Counted from the stretch's first letter, positions 25,791 through 39,334 are shown. The stretch: 64,000 nt of DNA from Malacoraja senta (GCA_038087875.1 CM075992.1:10604001-10668000), one strand, 5' to 3'. Program-made: numbers and translations. Notes: a model not told the origin generated them from the sequence alone.

Positions 25791-26093
25791 TTAGTTTCCT
25801 GTAATTTGGAGACACAGTAAGGAAACGGGTCTTTCTGCCCACCACCTTCACATCATCAACGATCCCTACACACTATCACTATCTTATACACACTAGGGAC
25901 AATTTGCAATGATACCAAACCAATAAACCTAAAAACCTGTGGGAGTCTTTGGGGTGTGGGAGCAAACCGGAGATCCCAGAGAAACCATAGGGAGAACATA
26001 TAAATTCTGAACATACAGCACCCATAGACAGGATTAATCCGGGTTTCTGGTGCCGTAAGGCAGCACATCTACCCCTGCGCCATCGTGCCACCC
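25791..26093 (-). mobile_element. tRNA-derived V-SINE (HE1-like)
   Basis: Head gggtggcacgatggcgcaggggtag with A/B-box-like motifs; V-domain ctccggtttgctcccacaccccaaagac; CR1-like tail. Confidence 0.8.
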
Positions 26094-26831
26094 TATAATT
26101 TAACAACAAAGGCACCAAACCTGAATTCAAACTTAAAACTGCAACTACTTTACAGAAAGAATCAGCACAGTTCGAAGAGTCTAGGATGACTTGCTTCCGT
26201 CATAAGACGTGAAGCTATCAACTGACTTAGCAAATCTAGTTTTGATAATATTGGGCATTTTGGATGACTGACAAAATGGAGGATTGCTGCTTTAGATGGG
26301 TTATAATAATGCTGCGGACTATGTTGCATGGTCTTTGCGCCGTTATTTGTGATTGGTCAAGGGGAGCGGCATTGACCAAATTGTTTACTTTACCTGGTAG
26401 TATGTTTATTTTCTTAACGGAATTGTTTTTCACTAAGTGCTTTCTAACGAAACTGTGATGTTTTGTGATTGGGTTAGGAAACTGTCAATTAATGTATTTT
26501 GTAACCCCTATTGATAATTGGCATGTAGGGGTTAACATCCCCCCCCCCCATGTATTTTGCGCCAAGGGTCCGTGAATATATAAAAGAGGGGAGAGCACAC
26601 TGGGATGAGCCCATCTTCTGGGAAAGCGCATGGGAATGTGCTGATCTCCTGGAATTGTTCTAATCACGAGGCTGAAGTGTTTGAACGAGTAGAGACAAGT
26701 ATCGGATCCGCTGGATTGGACTAGGTTTTGTATTGGTGTTGGATAATAAAGAGATTTGATTACCAGTGCTTCCTATCCGGTGTTTTTTACTGATCCAGAC
26801 GAGGGGTTTAACATTAGGACCATAATTACAT

Positions 26832-26849
26832 TGGGGACTCGTCCGGGAT
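26832..26849 (+). promoter_or_regulatory. Primer binding site, tRNA-Pro
   Basis: tggggactcgtccgggat, 17/18 to the MLV-type Pro PBS TGGGGGCTCGTCCGGGAT. Confidence 0.9.
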
Positions 26850-27021
26850 CTCAACGGAGTGCCGAGCATAAATGTGCGGTAAGGGAATTGAGTCGTTTCG
26901 GATTGCAAGAGGAGAAATCAGCGCCATGGTGCGACTTTCGGATCCGTTTTTCCTGCTCCGCTAATCTAAGATGAATTGATCATTCCCGTGCTTGTGTTTG
27001 GATTCCCAACGAGATCTATAA

Positions 27022-28511
27022 GAATCGTAGGTACACAAAAATGCTGGAGAAACTCAGCGGGTGCAGCAGCATCTATGGAGCGAAGGAGATAGGCAACGTT
27101 TCGGGCCGAAACCCTTCTTCAGACTGATATGGGGTGGGGGGAGGCGGGGAGAAGAAATGAAAAAGGAGAAGGGGCCCAAGGGCTGAGGTAGAGGTAGGAA
27201 GGGGAGGAGACAGCAAGGGTTAACGGAATTGTGAGAATTCAATGTTCATGGCACCATGATGCAGACTACCCAAGCGGAATATGAGGTGCTGTTCCTCCAA
27301 TTTCCGGTGTTGTTCACTCTGGCCGTGGTGGAGGTCCACGATAGAGAGGTCGGATACGGAATGGGAGGGGGAGTTGAAGTGCTGAGCCACCGGGAGATCG
27401 GGTTGGTTAGTGCGGACCGAGCGGACGTGTTCGGCGAAATGATCGCCAAGCCTAAGCTTGGTCTCACCGATATAGATCAACCTCTGTCGCACCTGGAACG
27501 ACTGATTGGGTCCTTGAACGGAGTCAAGGGGGGTAATAAAGCGACAAGTGTAGCATCTCTTGCGGTTGCAAGGGAAAGTGCCCGGGAGGGGGTTTAGCGG
27601 GAGGGAAGGAAAGAATTGACAAGGGAGTTACGGACGGAGCGGTCTTTGCGGAAGGCGGACAGGGGGGGAGATGGGAAGATGTGGCGAGTGGTGGGGTCGC
27701 GTTGGAGGTGGCGAAACTGACGGAGGACTATCCTGTTGCATGTGCCGGCTAGTGGTGTGAAAGGTGAGGACCAGGGGGACTCTGCCCTTGTTGCGAATGG
27801 GGGATGGGGAGAGATAGCAGTGTTGCGGAGTATGGAGGTGACCCTGGTACGAGCCTCATCTATAGTGGGGGAGGGGAACCCCCGTTCCCTGAAGAATGAG
27901 GTCATTTGCGATGCCCTGGTGTGGAATACCTCATCCTGGGAGCAGATGCGGCGTAGACGGTGGAATTGGGAATAGGGGATGGAGTCCTTACAGGAAGCAG
28001 GGTAGGAGGGCGAGTAGTCAGGATAGCCGTGGGAGTCAGTAAGTTTATTGTGGATGTCGGTCACAAGTCTATCACATGCGATGGAGATAGTGAGGTCAAG
28101 GAATGGTAGGGAAGTGTCGGAAATGGTCCTGGTGTATTTGAGTGCCGGATGGAAGTTGGTGGTGAAGCGGATGAATTCAGTCAGTTGTGCGTGCGTGCAG
28201 GAGTCGGCACCAAAGCAGTCGTCGATGTAACGGAGGTAGAGGTGGGGGATGGGGCCGTGGTACGCCGCGAACAAGGATTGTTCGACGTACCCGACAAAGA
28301 GGCAGGCGTAGCTGGGGCCCATGCGCGTGCCCATAGCTACGCCTTGTATTTGGAGGAAATGGGAGGAGTCAAACAAGAAGTTATTGAGGGTAAGGACCAA
28401 TTCCGCTTGGCGGAGGAGCGTATCAGTGGACGGGTATAGGTGGCTCCTCCGGTCGAGGAAGAACCGGAGGGCTTTGAGACCATCCTGGTGGCGAATGGAG
28501 GTGTAGAGTGA
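27022..28511 (-). mobile_element. Penelope-like element (RT + GIY-YIG + pLTR), 5'-truncated, in the ERV-C leader
   Basis: GVAMGTRMGPSYACLFVG, YLRYIDD, SIPYSQF, YIGETK..LGDHFAEH, VAQHFN; pLTR with ctgaaga..gaaac. Confidence 0.95.
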
Positions 28512-30904
28512 TACGTAGTCTGGCGAGCACTGAGGGCGAGTGTTTAAGACTCTAGAGGGTTGAAGTCCCCGCCTGGGGGGTTCGAGTCGCGTGGATGGTG
28601 GGAGTTGGTCTCACAAGCTTTTTTTCTAGTCGGTTTGAGGCCCCACACCTTTATTAGACAACAGTTGTTGATTTCAGGTATCATTGAGTTGGCCCGATAT
28701 TGGAGGTTCGGTAAACCGTGGGGTTTGAGGCTCCACTCAGACTGCGATACAAATTTCGAGGTATCCTCATAGACAGGAATGAGCGGGAACACTAAGAGGA
28801 GGAAGTAATGTATCGCTGCTGAGATTGTGATTGGAAAGATACACTTTAAAATTCAGCATCAAAGACCAGCACGAAGCGGATATTTGCTGAAGTCGAGTAT
28901 TTATCAGGTGGGAAGAATTTATTTTTATTTATTTATTTTTAAATTTCATTCGGCCTCGGCTCACCCTGGCTGCCGTGGCCGACTCAAACTGGTCGCAGAT
29001 ACTAATCAGTCTGCGGACCGACCCTGGATCCGAGCAGAAGACGGTGGGAAGGAGATGTGTCCTCGCCTGTGTGTCGTTTAAGCACTTCAGAACTACTGGG
29101 TACTCAGTGTTGGAGTATAGATTGGTTGAGAAATATTTTAAAACAACACTGAGAGGGGTGGAGACGTGTCTATTATCTGAAACAGTTATCTAAATTTTCC
29201 GATAAAAAATTGCACTAAATTCAGGGCGTTCATATTGACTCCAGCACGTTATACACTTTGTATGCATCACAGACATCCTCCTGTGTCTACACCACCACCC
29301 ACACCCCCTGCTGATCCTATAGTGTCACCTGCTCACCAGACAGCATCACCAGTACAGAGTTCCTTGACCCCAACTGTTCCACCACTAACAGATATTCCAG
29401 TGGCGCACGGTATAAGGAGCAAAACAAAGAAAATTGCTCCCGTGTGGAAAGATAAAGTACGACCACCAGAACCATTTTATGAGCCTAAACCTGGACGAAT
29501 AAGACAACCACCTAGAGAGACAAGATATGCCTTTTTTTAGAAATATCGTCTTTCCCCTAGTGATGAGGTTGATACATCAGATGGTGAAACAGTATCACGG
29601 GACACTAAGAGTGAGTCAGACATATCAACAATTATGAAGGAAGAACAAATATCACATTGTCAGTTCCCAGTTAGGGAGATCCGGCAAATGCGGTTGGTGC
29701 AAACAATCCTCGAACCATTGATGTATACTCCCCATGGAAACCAAATGAAATGATGGCAACACTGAGTAATATACCTGACAGTAATGAATCACCTGCTTTC
29801 TTTGTGGATTATCTCCGGACCACTATGCGCGTGTATCACGCGGACCTGAGATATTGTGGGCTGGAATACAACAAATTATAATTCCTATGGAGCATACCAG
29901 GTTCCTAGCCACTTTAGGACACCCAACACATAATCGTTGACAACAATGCAAGAGAAGTTGCAGTTTTAACTGCCCTTGCCAATGCCATTCAAAAGCCAAT
30001 AGTCATTGCTAGGATTCTGGATGTTCGACCAAAGAAAGGTGCAGATGAGTCTTTAGAAAGCTTCTTGGACCAGTCAGGGATCTAAATTTTCGGAATGGGG
30101 AAAATTCTCCTCAGTACTGCGCAATATTGTGAAACTGTCTGCCAACTAATGTGGCCGAAGCAAACAACATGGACTGGTCAAAGAACAGTTTCAGTCAAAT
30201 GGCTCGTGCAGTGAAGTATCACTGGAAGGACATTAAAAAACAAGAGAATCAGCCTGTAGTTAAGGCAAAAACTGAATATGTAATGAAGAAGGAGGCGCCA
30301 AAGTCTAATGTAGATTTATGCCGTCCTCAAGCAAGGGCCAGGCATGGTTTAGACAACGGCGGGAGAACCGGATTATCCAGGTTACCCTGACGAACCACCT
30401 CCGCTAGAACCACTTTCCCCAAGACAACACTGGAGAGGGCATATAATATAGGGACCAGCCCAATGTTATGCTTGCGATGGCTTAGGTCACTGGAGTAGGG
30501 ATTTATTAATGTGCCCACCTTGTTTTCTCGATGTCTTCAAGAACAGTTAAGCACTTTAAGTTTTAAAATTAAATCCACTTTCGGACATTATGTGGACGAC
30601 TTGTTGTTGGCTAGTGTAGATGAGCAGAGCAATCGGTAGGACACTGCTCAATTATTGAAGCACCTGGCAACCTTATGATATGTGGTCTCTCAGTCCAAAG
30701 TATTGATGGCTCAACAAAAACTAATGTTTTGGGGAGTAATAATTTTGGTTACAGAGAGAAGTTTAGAAAACAGCAGACTTGAACCAATTTGCGAATTTCC
30801 TGCTCCAAAAGGGGAAAGCAAATGAGACAGTGGCTCGGTATGGTGAACTACTGCTGACCCTGGATCCCTAATATTGCACTAGACACCAAGGAATTGACTC
30901 CTAA

Positions 30905-31545
30905 TGGGCCTTTCCCACTTAGGCGATTTGTCAGCTGGCTGCCGGTGATAGTCAAGTTGCTGGCAGTCGCCTGTAAAACCGAGAACTGGAAGCGCGACTG
31001 TCAGAGTGGAACACACACACACAAACACATCGCATAGGCAGGGGCCTGTGCAAGCAGAGGGAGCACTGTCTGAAATTCACATAATGCAAAGCCAATGTGA
31101 TACAGACACACACCGCGATGAACAGGAATGTTCGCGGTGTAATTAAGACGGCTACCATAGTGTATGGTAAGTCCTTTAAAAGAGGGGGAGAGAAGGGGGA
31201 GAAGGGGGGTGAAGTAGTGGAGAAGGGGTGGTTTAATAAGCCAGAGATACATAGCTGTGAAGTTCGGCGGAGATTTAACATTACCGGTCGGTTATCCTTG
31301 GTTCTGAAAACACTTGCTTACGTTTTTTTCCCCCAATGCACCAATGAAAATGACGTGTCAGCAAAGGCGATTAACTAAACCTATCTACGACTATCTTGAC
31401 TACCTACAACTATATGGCGACCCCACTACAACTGCACCTACGACTACAGGATTATCGATTATCTCCATGGCGACCAATTTATGGTCGCAGAAAAATGTTC
31501 ACATGTTGAAAAATTTGCGGCGACGATACTGAGGCCATGATTAAT
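30905..31545. mobile_element. Probable PIF/Harbinger-type MITE fragment
   Basis: Starts after TAA with gggcctttcccacttaggcga (Harbinger-like TIR) and cuts the ERV-C RT; matching right TIR not seen. Confidence 0.5.
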
Positions 31546-31559
31546 TTCCAGAATAGGAG

Positions 31560-32150
31560 TATCACACGCACTTTGCGTTTTCACTAATATTTCTTGACGT
31601 AATAAAGACATGATGACTATAATAGCTATCCCTTCTTCAGCCTCCGGGGTCAGTCAATACTGTTTTAAACATGACAAAGCAGCACCCTTTTTTTAAAATC
31701 ACTATATGTTCAGGGGCTGAACGCACTCGCCCCACATGAATCTTATACTCTGCCCATAGTTCAGAAAGTACTTGGACAAGAGCCATTGGTAACCTTGGTG
31801 GATCCTCAGTAGGCGGCTGTTGCTTTTCAAAAATAGCATCTTATTTCTCTCTGACTCATGTGATCTTTTCTTCCGTGTCATGAAATAAGTCAATCTAGAC
31901 CTCTACTTTTTTCCATTCGCAAATTTAAAACATGAATTGCCTCTTTGTCCTTCAGCATTTTTATAATTTCTCCTATTTCCTTCGCTGTTGCTGGTCTAGT
32001 AGTTATGGTCAGTTGAGACTCAGAGGTGTTTCCCGTCTCACATTGATCCCTTTGGTTTTGAGAGAGGTGGACCATTATTCCTCTTCACAAAAAACAAATA
32101 AGGGATCACTGTTAGCTGTTTGAGCTTATTCAACCAGGGGGGAACTTTTT
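31560..32150 (-). mobile_element. Degenerate L1-like ORF2 fragment
   Basis: Lys-rich decayed frames (TAKEIGEIIKMLK) resembling the L1 EN-RT linker. Confidence 0.4.
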
Positions 32151-32184
32151 CCTGGTACCCGGGATTAGGGAGGAACGTATATAC

Positions 32185-33640
32185 TGTCAGTCGGAAGAAG
32201 GATCTCGCTCCGAAATGTCGCCCATTCCTTATCTCCAGAGATGCTGCCTGACCCACTGAGTTACTCCAGCATTTTATGCGTACCATTATAATGCCGTGTT
32301 ATGTGAGGATTTCATATTTTGCTTGGGTTCGGTTACACCCCAGCGGTATGAACATTGACTTCTCTAACTTCAGATAGCCCTTCCTTTCCCTCTACATCCC
32401 CTTCCCCTTCCCAAGTCAAGTCAAGTCAAGTCAGATTTATTCGTCACGTGCACATAAATTGCAGTGAAATGAACTTGCCAGCAGCTGTACAATAAAGAAA
32501 GAACACACAATACACAATATAAATTAGCACAAACGTCCACCACAGCATTCATCACTGTGGTGGAAGACACAAAGTTTGGTCAGTCCTCCACCATTTCCCC
32601 CCGTGGTCGGGACCACAACCCTCCGCAGTCGCCGCTGCGGGCGGCCAGATGTGCAGACAAGATTACTCCAGGTAAGTCCCGAATCGGTGCTTCCCTACCG
32701 GAGACCGCGGCTTCAAGATGGTGTTGGCCGCAGGCCGGCGGTCGAAGATCTAAAGTCCCCGCCGCGCCGCAGCCAGAAGCACCGCAGACCGCAGGGCCGG
32801 CGGTCGGAGCTCCTCTTCAGGGATCCCGCTCCGGATGGTAGGTCCCCGCCGCGCCAGCAGGAAGCACCGCAGTCCGCGGCTTATAGATGGTGTAGGCCGT
32901 GCGCCGGTGGTCGTAGCTCTTCTCCGAGGATCCCCGGCGAGAGATCCCGCTCCGGATGGTAAGTCTCCGCCGCGCCCGCGGTTAGAAGTAGGCCGCGGGC
33001 CGGCAGTCGGAGCTCTTCTCCTCCGGTGTCCCCAAAGAGGGATCCCAGGCTCCGGCCGCCGCGCCAGCTGGAGCTCAGCAGACCGCGATTTTAGACTGCA
33101 GCGGGCCTGCGAACGGAGCGCTCCCTCCGGCGATCCCCGGCGAGGGCTCGCCCGCTCTGTGACGAAAGTGTCCACGCTGCGCCCGCGGCTGCAGCCCCGG
33201 GCGCATCTCCGGGAAAGGCCACACCTGCGTTAGGCCGCGAGAAGGGCGACATGGAAAAAGTCGTCTCTCCGTGGAGGAGGCGACCGAAGCGGTTTCCACC
33301 TTACCCCCCCCCCCCCCACCACATGAGACACACCGATAAACATTAAAACACACATTCGGACACACTAAGAAAACAAAGAAAGTAGAATAAACTAACACGC
33401 TGCTGGCAGGGCAGCCGTCTCGCAGCGCCCCCACCGACCTAGTTCTCCCACTAGTCTTACTGTCTTCGCCTACATTCTTTCTTTGTCCCGCCTAATCCCC
33501 TGACTTCAGTCTGAAGAAAGGTCTCGACCTAAAATGTCGCCAATTCCTTCTCTCCATAGATGATGCCGCACCCGCTTAGTTACTCAGGCATTTTATGTCT
33601 ACCTTCGATTTTAGCAGCATCTGCAGTTCTTTCTTAAACA
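32185..33640 (+). mobile_element. Penelope 3'/pLTR fragments split by an insertion
   Basis: pLTR at 32185-32280; catattttgcttgg..ggtatgaacattgacttctc at 32312-32412; continues 33438-33640 with ctgaagaaaggtctcgacc...gcatctgcagttctttcttaaaca. Confidence 0.8.
32413..33437 (-). mobile_element. Non-coding GC-rich retroposon with (GACTT)n tail
   Basis: aagtc x4 tail plus tttatt on the plus strand; internal repeats (gatcccgctccggatggta, ggagctc); interrupts a Penelope pLTR. Confidence 0.7.
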
Positions 33641-34234
33641 ATACAAGGGCATTTTGGACATTATTGTATCTCAACTTTTAGGCGGCCCGCGCCACCATCC
33701 CCTTTCCAAGCCAATCATAAGCCCCGATTTACTGCAACGTATCTACGCTACTAGCGGTTGGGGGCGCGGGTGGTCTACTGTAACACACTGCTGAGAGAAA
33801 CAAGCTTCCTTATCTCCATCTACTATTTCATATTTACATTTACCATCCACCCTTCAATACATCCCTTGCCAAGAGATAAAACGTCTAACCTTATTTTGCC
33901 GATACCCACGAACCTACGAACGGAGCGCTCCCCAACGAGAGATGCCAATTGTCACATCCAAACACCCTTTCATTACCTTGTTCAATTCCAATCAAAATTA
34001 AGTAAGAAAGGACATTAATATTTTCGTCCACACATGCATTCCTAAGAAACCTCATACTGTAGAAAATTGGAATGAAAAAATGGTTGTCAATGGGGGAAAG
34101 TGCAAGGCACTCGTCAGGAGTGTCATGGAATACTCATCCCATGTTATGCTGCTTGTTCAATTTTCATTGTTCCGTTGTCAGTAAATACAACAATTAAACC
34201 ACTCTTTTGACCATTGTGTAGTGCGTTCATGTAT

Positions 34235-34680
34235 TAGAAACAAGGAACTGTAGATGTAGATACAAAAAAAAATACACAAAGGGCTGGAGTAACTCAGCGG
34301 GTCAGGCAGCATCCGTGGAGAACATGGATAGGTGACGTTTCACAGAGTTCTGGAGTAACTAAGCGGGTCAGGCAGCATCTGTGGAGAACATGGATAGGTG
34401 ACGTTTCACATAGTGCTGGAGTAACTCAGCGGGTCAGGCAGCATCTGTGGAGAACATGGATAGGTGACGTTTCACAGAGTGCTGGAGTAAATCAGCGGGT
34501 TAGGCAGAATCTCTGGAGGACATGGATAGGTGACGTTTTGCGTTGAGACCGTTCTTCAGACTGATTTAGCGGGGGGGTGGGCGGGTAGAAATCTATCAGA
34601 GAGGCCGGACAAAGCCTGACAGGTAAGAGGTAAAAAAAGTAGGAAGGAACTGCAGATGTTGGCTGTGAGTGGAGATGGGT
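34235..34680 (-). mobile_element. Penelope pLTR relic with 4 x 66-bp tandem repeat
   Basis: Units start 34284, 34350, 34416 and 34482 (ctggagtaactcagcgggtcaggcagcatc...ggtgacgtttcacagagtg). Confidence 0.85.
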
Positions 34681-35044
34681 GTCAAGTCAAGAAGTCAAGA
34701 GTGTTTATTGTTATGTGTCCCAGATAGGACAATGAAATTCTTCCTTGCTGCAGCACAACAGAATATTGTAGGCATAAATACAGAACTGATCAGTGTGTCC
34801 ATATACCATAGAATATATATACCATAGAATATATATAACAGATCAAGTGTGATAGGCTGTTATAGTTCAGAGTTTGTTTGAAGTTGTGTTTAATGGTCTG
34901 ATGGCTGTGGGAAAGTAGCTGTTCCTGAACCTGGATGTTGCAGATTTCATGCTCCTGTACCTTTTACCTGAAGGTAGCGGAGATATGAGTGTGTGGCCAG
35001 GATGGTGTGCGTCCTTGATGATGTTGGCAGCCTTTCTGAGGCAG
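34681..35044 (-). mobile_element. Rex1/Babar LINE 3' end
   Basis: Minus frame CLRKAANIIKDAHHPGH...RFRNSYFP; gtcaa-type tail. Confidence 0.8.
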
Positions 35045-35280
35045 AGAATTCCACAGACTCAAAACTCTCTATGAGAAAAAGTGTTTCCTCATCTCCGTTC
35101 TAAATGGCTTACCCTTATTCTTAAACTGTGGCCCCTGATTCTGGAAACCCCCCAACATCGGGAAAATGTTTCCTACCTCTAGCGTGTCCAAAAGCGTAAT
35201 AATCTTATATGTTTCAATAAGATCCGATCTCATCCTTCTAAACTCCAGAGTATACAAGCCCAGCCGCTCCATTCTCTCAG
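35045..35280 (-). mobile_element. CR1 3' fragment
   Basis: RLGLYTLEFRRMRSDLIETYKI; FRTEMRKHFF. Confidence 0.9.
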
Positions 35281-35384
35281 CGGAGGCGCTGGGGGAGAAC
35301 ATGAAGCAGTGAGTGGCGGCCGGAGAGGGAGAGGGGGAGTGTCGGAGCCGCGTCTGCGTTGTCAATGTGATCACTGGGGAGGGT

Positions 35385-35840
35385 CTGGATGGGGAGTAAG
35401 AGGGGGGAGGAGAGAGAGGGAAGGAGGAGGATGAGGGAGGAAAAGGGGTGATGAGGAGAGAGGGAAGGGAGGAGGGAGGGGGAGGTAGGAGATGGGAGGA
35501 TGGGGAGTAAGAGGGAAGAGAGGGGGGATGGAGGGAGAGGGAGGGGGGAGAGATGAGAGGGAGTGGGTGAGGGGGGATAGGAGAGGAGGAGAGGGAGTGG
35601 ATAGGGTGGAGAGCGAAGGGGAAGGAGGCTGGGATAGGGAGAGGCGAGTAGATGGAAGGAGCATGGGTTGGGGAGAGGGTGGAGGGTGGAGGAAGTGGAG
35701 GCGGAGGCAGGAAGGGATAGAGGGAGTGAGGAGTGAGAGGAAGGGGTGAAGTGGGCACATGGGTGAGGGAGTAGGATTGAATGGGAGGGGAGGGGGAGAG
35801 AGGGAGAAGAAGGATTTGCCGGGCAAAGGGTGGAGGGGGT
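35385..35840. repeat. Purine (GA/GGA)-rich low-complexity tract
   Basis: Direct inspection. Confidence 0.85.
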
Positions 35841-36249
35841 GGACGGAGTCAGCGGGGGTTGAACGAGTGATAGCGACTGGGATGGGTAGATGTAGAGGAA
35901 CAGGTATAGGCTAAAGATATTAAAGGGAATGGGGTTAGAGAGAGGAAGCGGCAGTGGGAGGGGTGGTGAGGGGGGTATCCACATCAGTGTCGTGGGTTCT
36001 GAGGTGGCTGATGAGGTCACTAACTGATCCCCGTGTAGGGTTGTTGGGTAGTTTGTCGGCTGGTATTTGTGATCTGTACAGGCAAAGGGACCTAGGCTGT
36101 GCACACCAACCCGGCTGCCTCTCCATTCGGAGAGGCCGTTGGCCAGAGGTTCCCAGGACTCAAGATAATGGTAAGATATATGATTGCTTATTTCCTTTAC
36201 CTTTGAGATATATCTGTACACCTATTGACTGAAAACAATGAGGTGACTT

Positions 36250-36970
36250 TGTACTCAGCAACTTGTCCTGGACCAGCCATGACACAGCAATGGCCACGAA
36301 AGCCCCCCACCGTCTCTGCTTTCTTAGAAGCCTTAGGAAGTTTGACATGTCCCCAACAACTCTCACCAACTTCAACAGATGCGCCGCAGAAAGCATTTTA
36401 TCAATGCTTGTATTCCCTCATGCAACCCTCCTTTTGTATTCATTCAAAATATATCAAGGGTGCATCACCGCACGGTTTGGGAACAGCTCCATCCAAGAGC
36501 ACAAGAAATTGCAGAGAGCTGTAGACACAGCTCAGAACATCACACAAACCAATCTCCCTTCCAATGACTCCATGTACACTTCACACTACCTCAACAAGGA
36601 CACCAGCATAATCAAGGATCTAGTCTCACCCCGGTCACTCCCTCTTCTCTCCAATCTGGCAAGAAGTACAGAAGTGTGAAAACACACATCTCCAGATTCA
36701 GGGACAGTTCTTCCCACCTGGTTCCATGCAACTGAACCATCCTATCACCAACTGGAGAGTGGTCCTGAGCTACTAACAACCTCATTGGAGACCCCCGGAC
36801 TTCCTTTATTCGAACTTTACTGGACATTATCTTGCACTAAATGTTATTTCTTTTATCATGTATCTACACTGGATGTCAGGATTGTAATCATGAATTGTCT
36901 TTCCGCTGACTGGTTAGCACGCATCAAAAGCTCTTTACTGTACCTAGGTACACGTGACAAAAACTAAACT
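36250..36970 (+). mobile_element. Rex1/Babar LINE 3' fragment
   Basis: KAPHRLCFLRSLRKF..LTNFNRC..ESILS, KKLQRAVDTAQ; 3' UTR and (aaact)n tail. Confidence 0.9.
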
Positions 36971-37484
36971 AGAGCATTTTCCAAGGGAAACAGGTGACAC
37001 CCCAATTTCCCTCCAGGGATGTATAAAGTTTTCTTGTATCGTAATACAGTAACTTAAATCAGCTGGAATAAACTTGAACAACTCACCAGACTGATGAGGT
37101 ATGTTCTCTCTGTGTTGCATGTGGGGATTCACTGTGAAATATATGTAGCTAATGTTCAGCTCAACCATCCGAAATGTTCGGATAGTTTAGGTGAACATTG
37201 TCGATCGTGAGGCTAGATGTAGCAAGGACAGTCTCACTGCAGCCAAATCCCTAAATGATTGGAGACAATAGATCCAGTAATAACTTTTTTTAATTGAATT
37301 AGATTTGTACATGAAAAGCAAATAATTTTGAGAAGGCAGGGAAAAGTGACGGGGTTGCTCACCTTTTTTTTTTGCACTAACAACCATTTTCGTCTTGGAT
37401 TACCACAGACTTGGTTCTACACCGTGGTGGATTAAGCATGAAATTACTAAAGGAAAAATTCATTTTTGTTTTGCAGTGCATTCT

Positions 37485-37970
37485 TCTCCATCCAAGAGCA
37501 CAAGAAATTGCAGCGAGCTGTAGACACAGCTCAGAACATCACACAAACCAACCTCTCTTCCTCTGACTCCATGTACACTTCACACTACCTCAGCAAGGAC
37601 ACCAGCATAATCATGGTCGAGTCTCACTCCGGTCACTCCCTCTTATCTACTCTCCAATCTGGAAAGAGGTACAGACGTGTGAAAACACTCCAGATTCAAG
37701 CACAGTTTTTTCCCAGCTGTTACCAGGCAACTGAACCATCCTACCAACAACTGGAGAGTGGTCCTTAGCTACTATCCACCTCATTGGAAATCCTCGGACT
37801 ATCTTTACTCGGACTTTACTGGACATTATCTTGCACTATTTCCTATATCATGTACCTACGTTGTTTCCTATATCATGTACCTACACTAGATGGTTGAATT
37901 TTAATCATGTATTGTCTTTCTGCTGACTGGTTAGCACGCAACAAAAGCTCTTCACTGTACCTCGGTACTT
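37485..37970 (+). mobile_element. Second Rex1/Babar 3' fragment of the same family
   Basis: Colinear with 36488-36950 (ctccatccaagagcacaagaaattgcag...). Confidence 0.9.
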
Positions 37971-38304
37971 GCTTTCGATCCTCACGAGATGTCAGATTAT
38001 GGTTTCAGCTCCAGGTAAATGAGAGTGTAATACTTTCTGCAAAAATACACAATACGTATCTCTTTTAAAGCATCTCCTAACTCATGCTGTGTCTTTATCC
38101 CTCTGCTTATGGACTTCTGTCTTCTAATTGAGATGTGGCGAATTAAAATTCTCATCGACCTTTTCAAATCCCTTCCTGTCTTTACTCTTCTCTATTCTTC
38201 AACCTTTACATTTGTAACTCCTCCCATTCTCGCCACCTCATTTTGCAGTGATCTTATGTTTCATACAAAATGATGCATGAACATTTCCCACGTTTTGAAT
38301 TTAA

Positions 38305-38900
<596 letters not shown>

Positions 38901-39334
38901 TTTCCCACGTTTTTAAATAACATGGAGGAAAGTCATTCTGCCGTGCTCCTGTGCTCTTGGTGGAGACTTATAATGAGTGAACGATATAAGTTGTACTGTT
39001 AGCTGATAGAACAGGGTAAAAGCTAGTGAATATCAATAGGTACTAGAATAAGTGGGACCCGTTGGGTCCCATGTTCACACAGGAGTGCTGGCCCCCCAAT
39101 GAAATATTCCATCTCTCCACCAATTCCAATATTGGTGCCCATTGGGGGGGGGGCGCTTTCTGTAGCACTAGTATGTGTGTTGTGGGCTGATGGGACTGAT
39201 TTCCAGAGAGCTAGTATGGACATTGTGGGCCAAATGGTTTCTTCGGGTGGCAGCTCAGTCAATCAAGCCTGATGTGCTGGCAGCTCACTCGTGGCTGGTG
39301 GGCTGTCAGTTGACTCACGACTATTCCTTGAAAT

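Larger units (their letters stand above)
26500..30904 (+). mobile_element. Endogenous retrovirus C (class I-like, tRNA-Pro), deleted and truncated
   Basis: LTR with TATAAAA ~26579, AATAAA ~26745 and end ...ttaca 26830 (5' limit uncertain); PBS; gag remnants (PVAHGIRSKT, QFPVREI, CYACDGLGHWSRD); RT fragment HYVDDLLLAS. Confidence 0.85.

Noticed and set aside
32557..33434. Multiple overlapping ORFs
   Set aside because: GC-rich, stop-poor non-coding element; no domain motifs
35069..36221. Pro/Ser-rich ORFs of 229-314 aa
   Set aside because: Low-complexity pyrimidine strand, one running into a CR1 fragment
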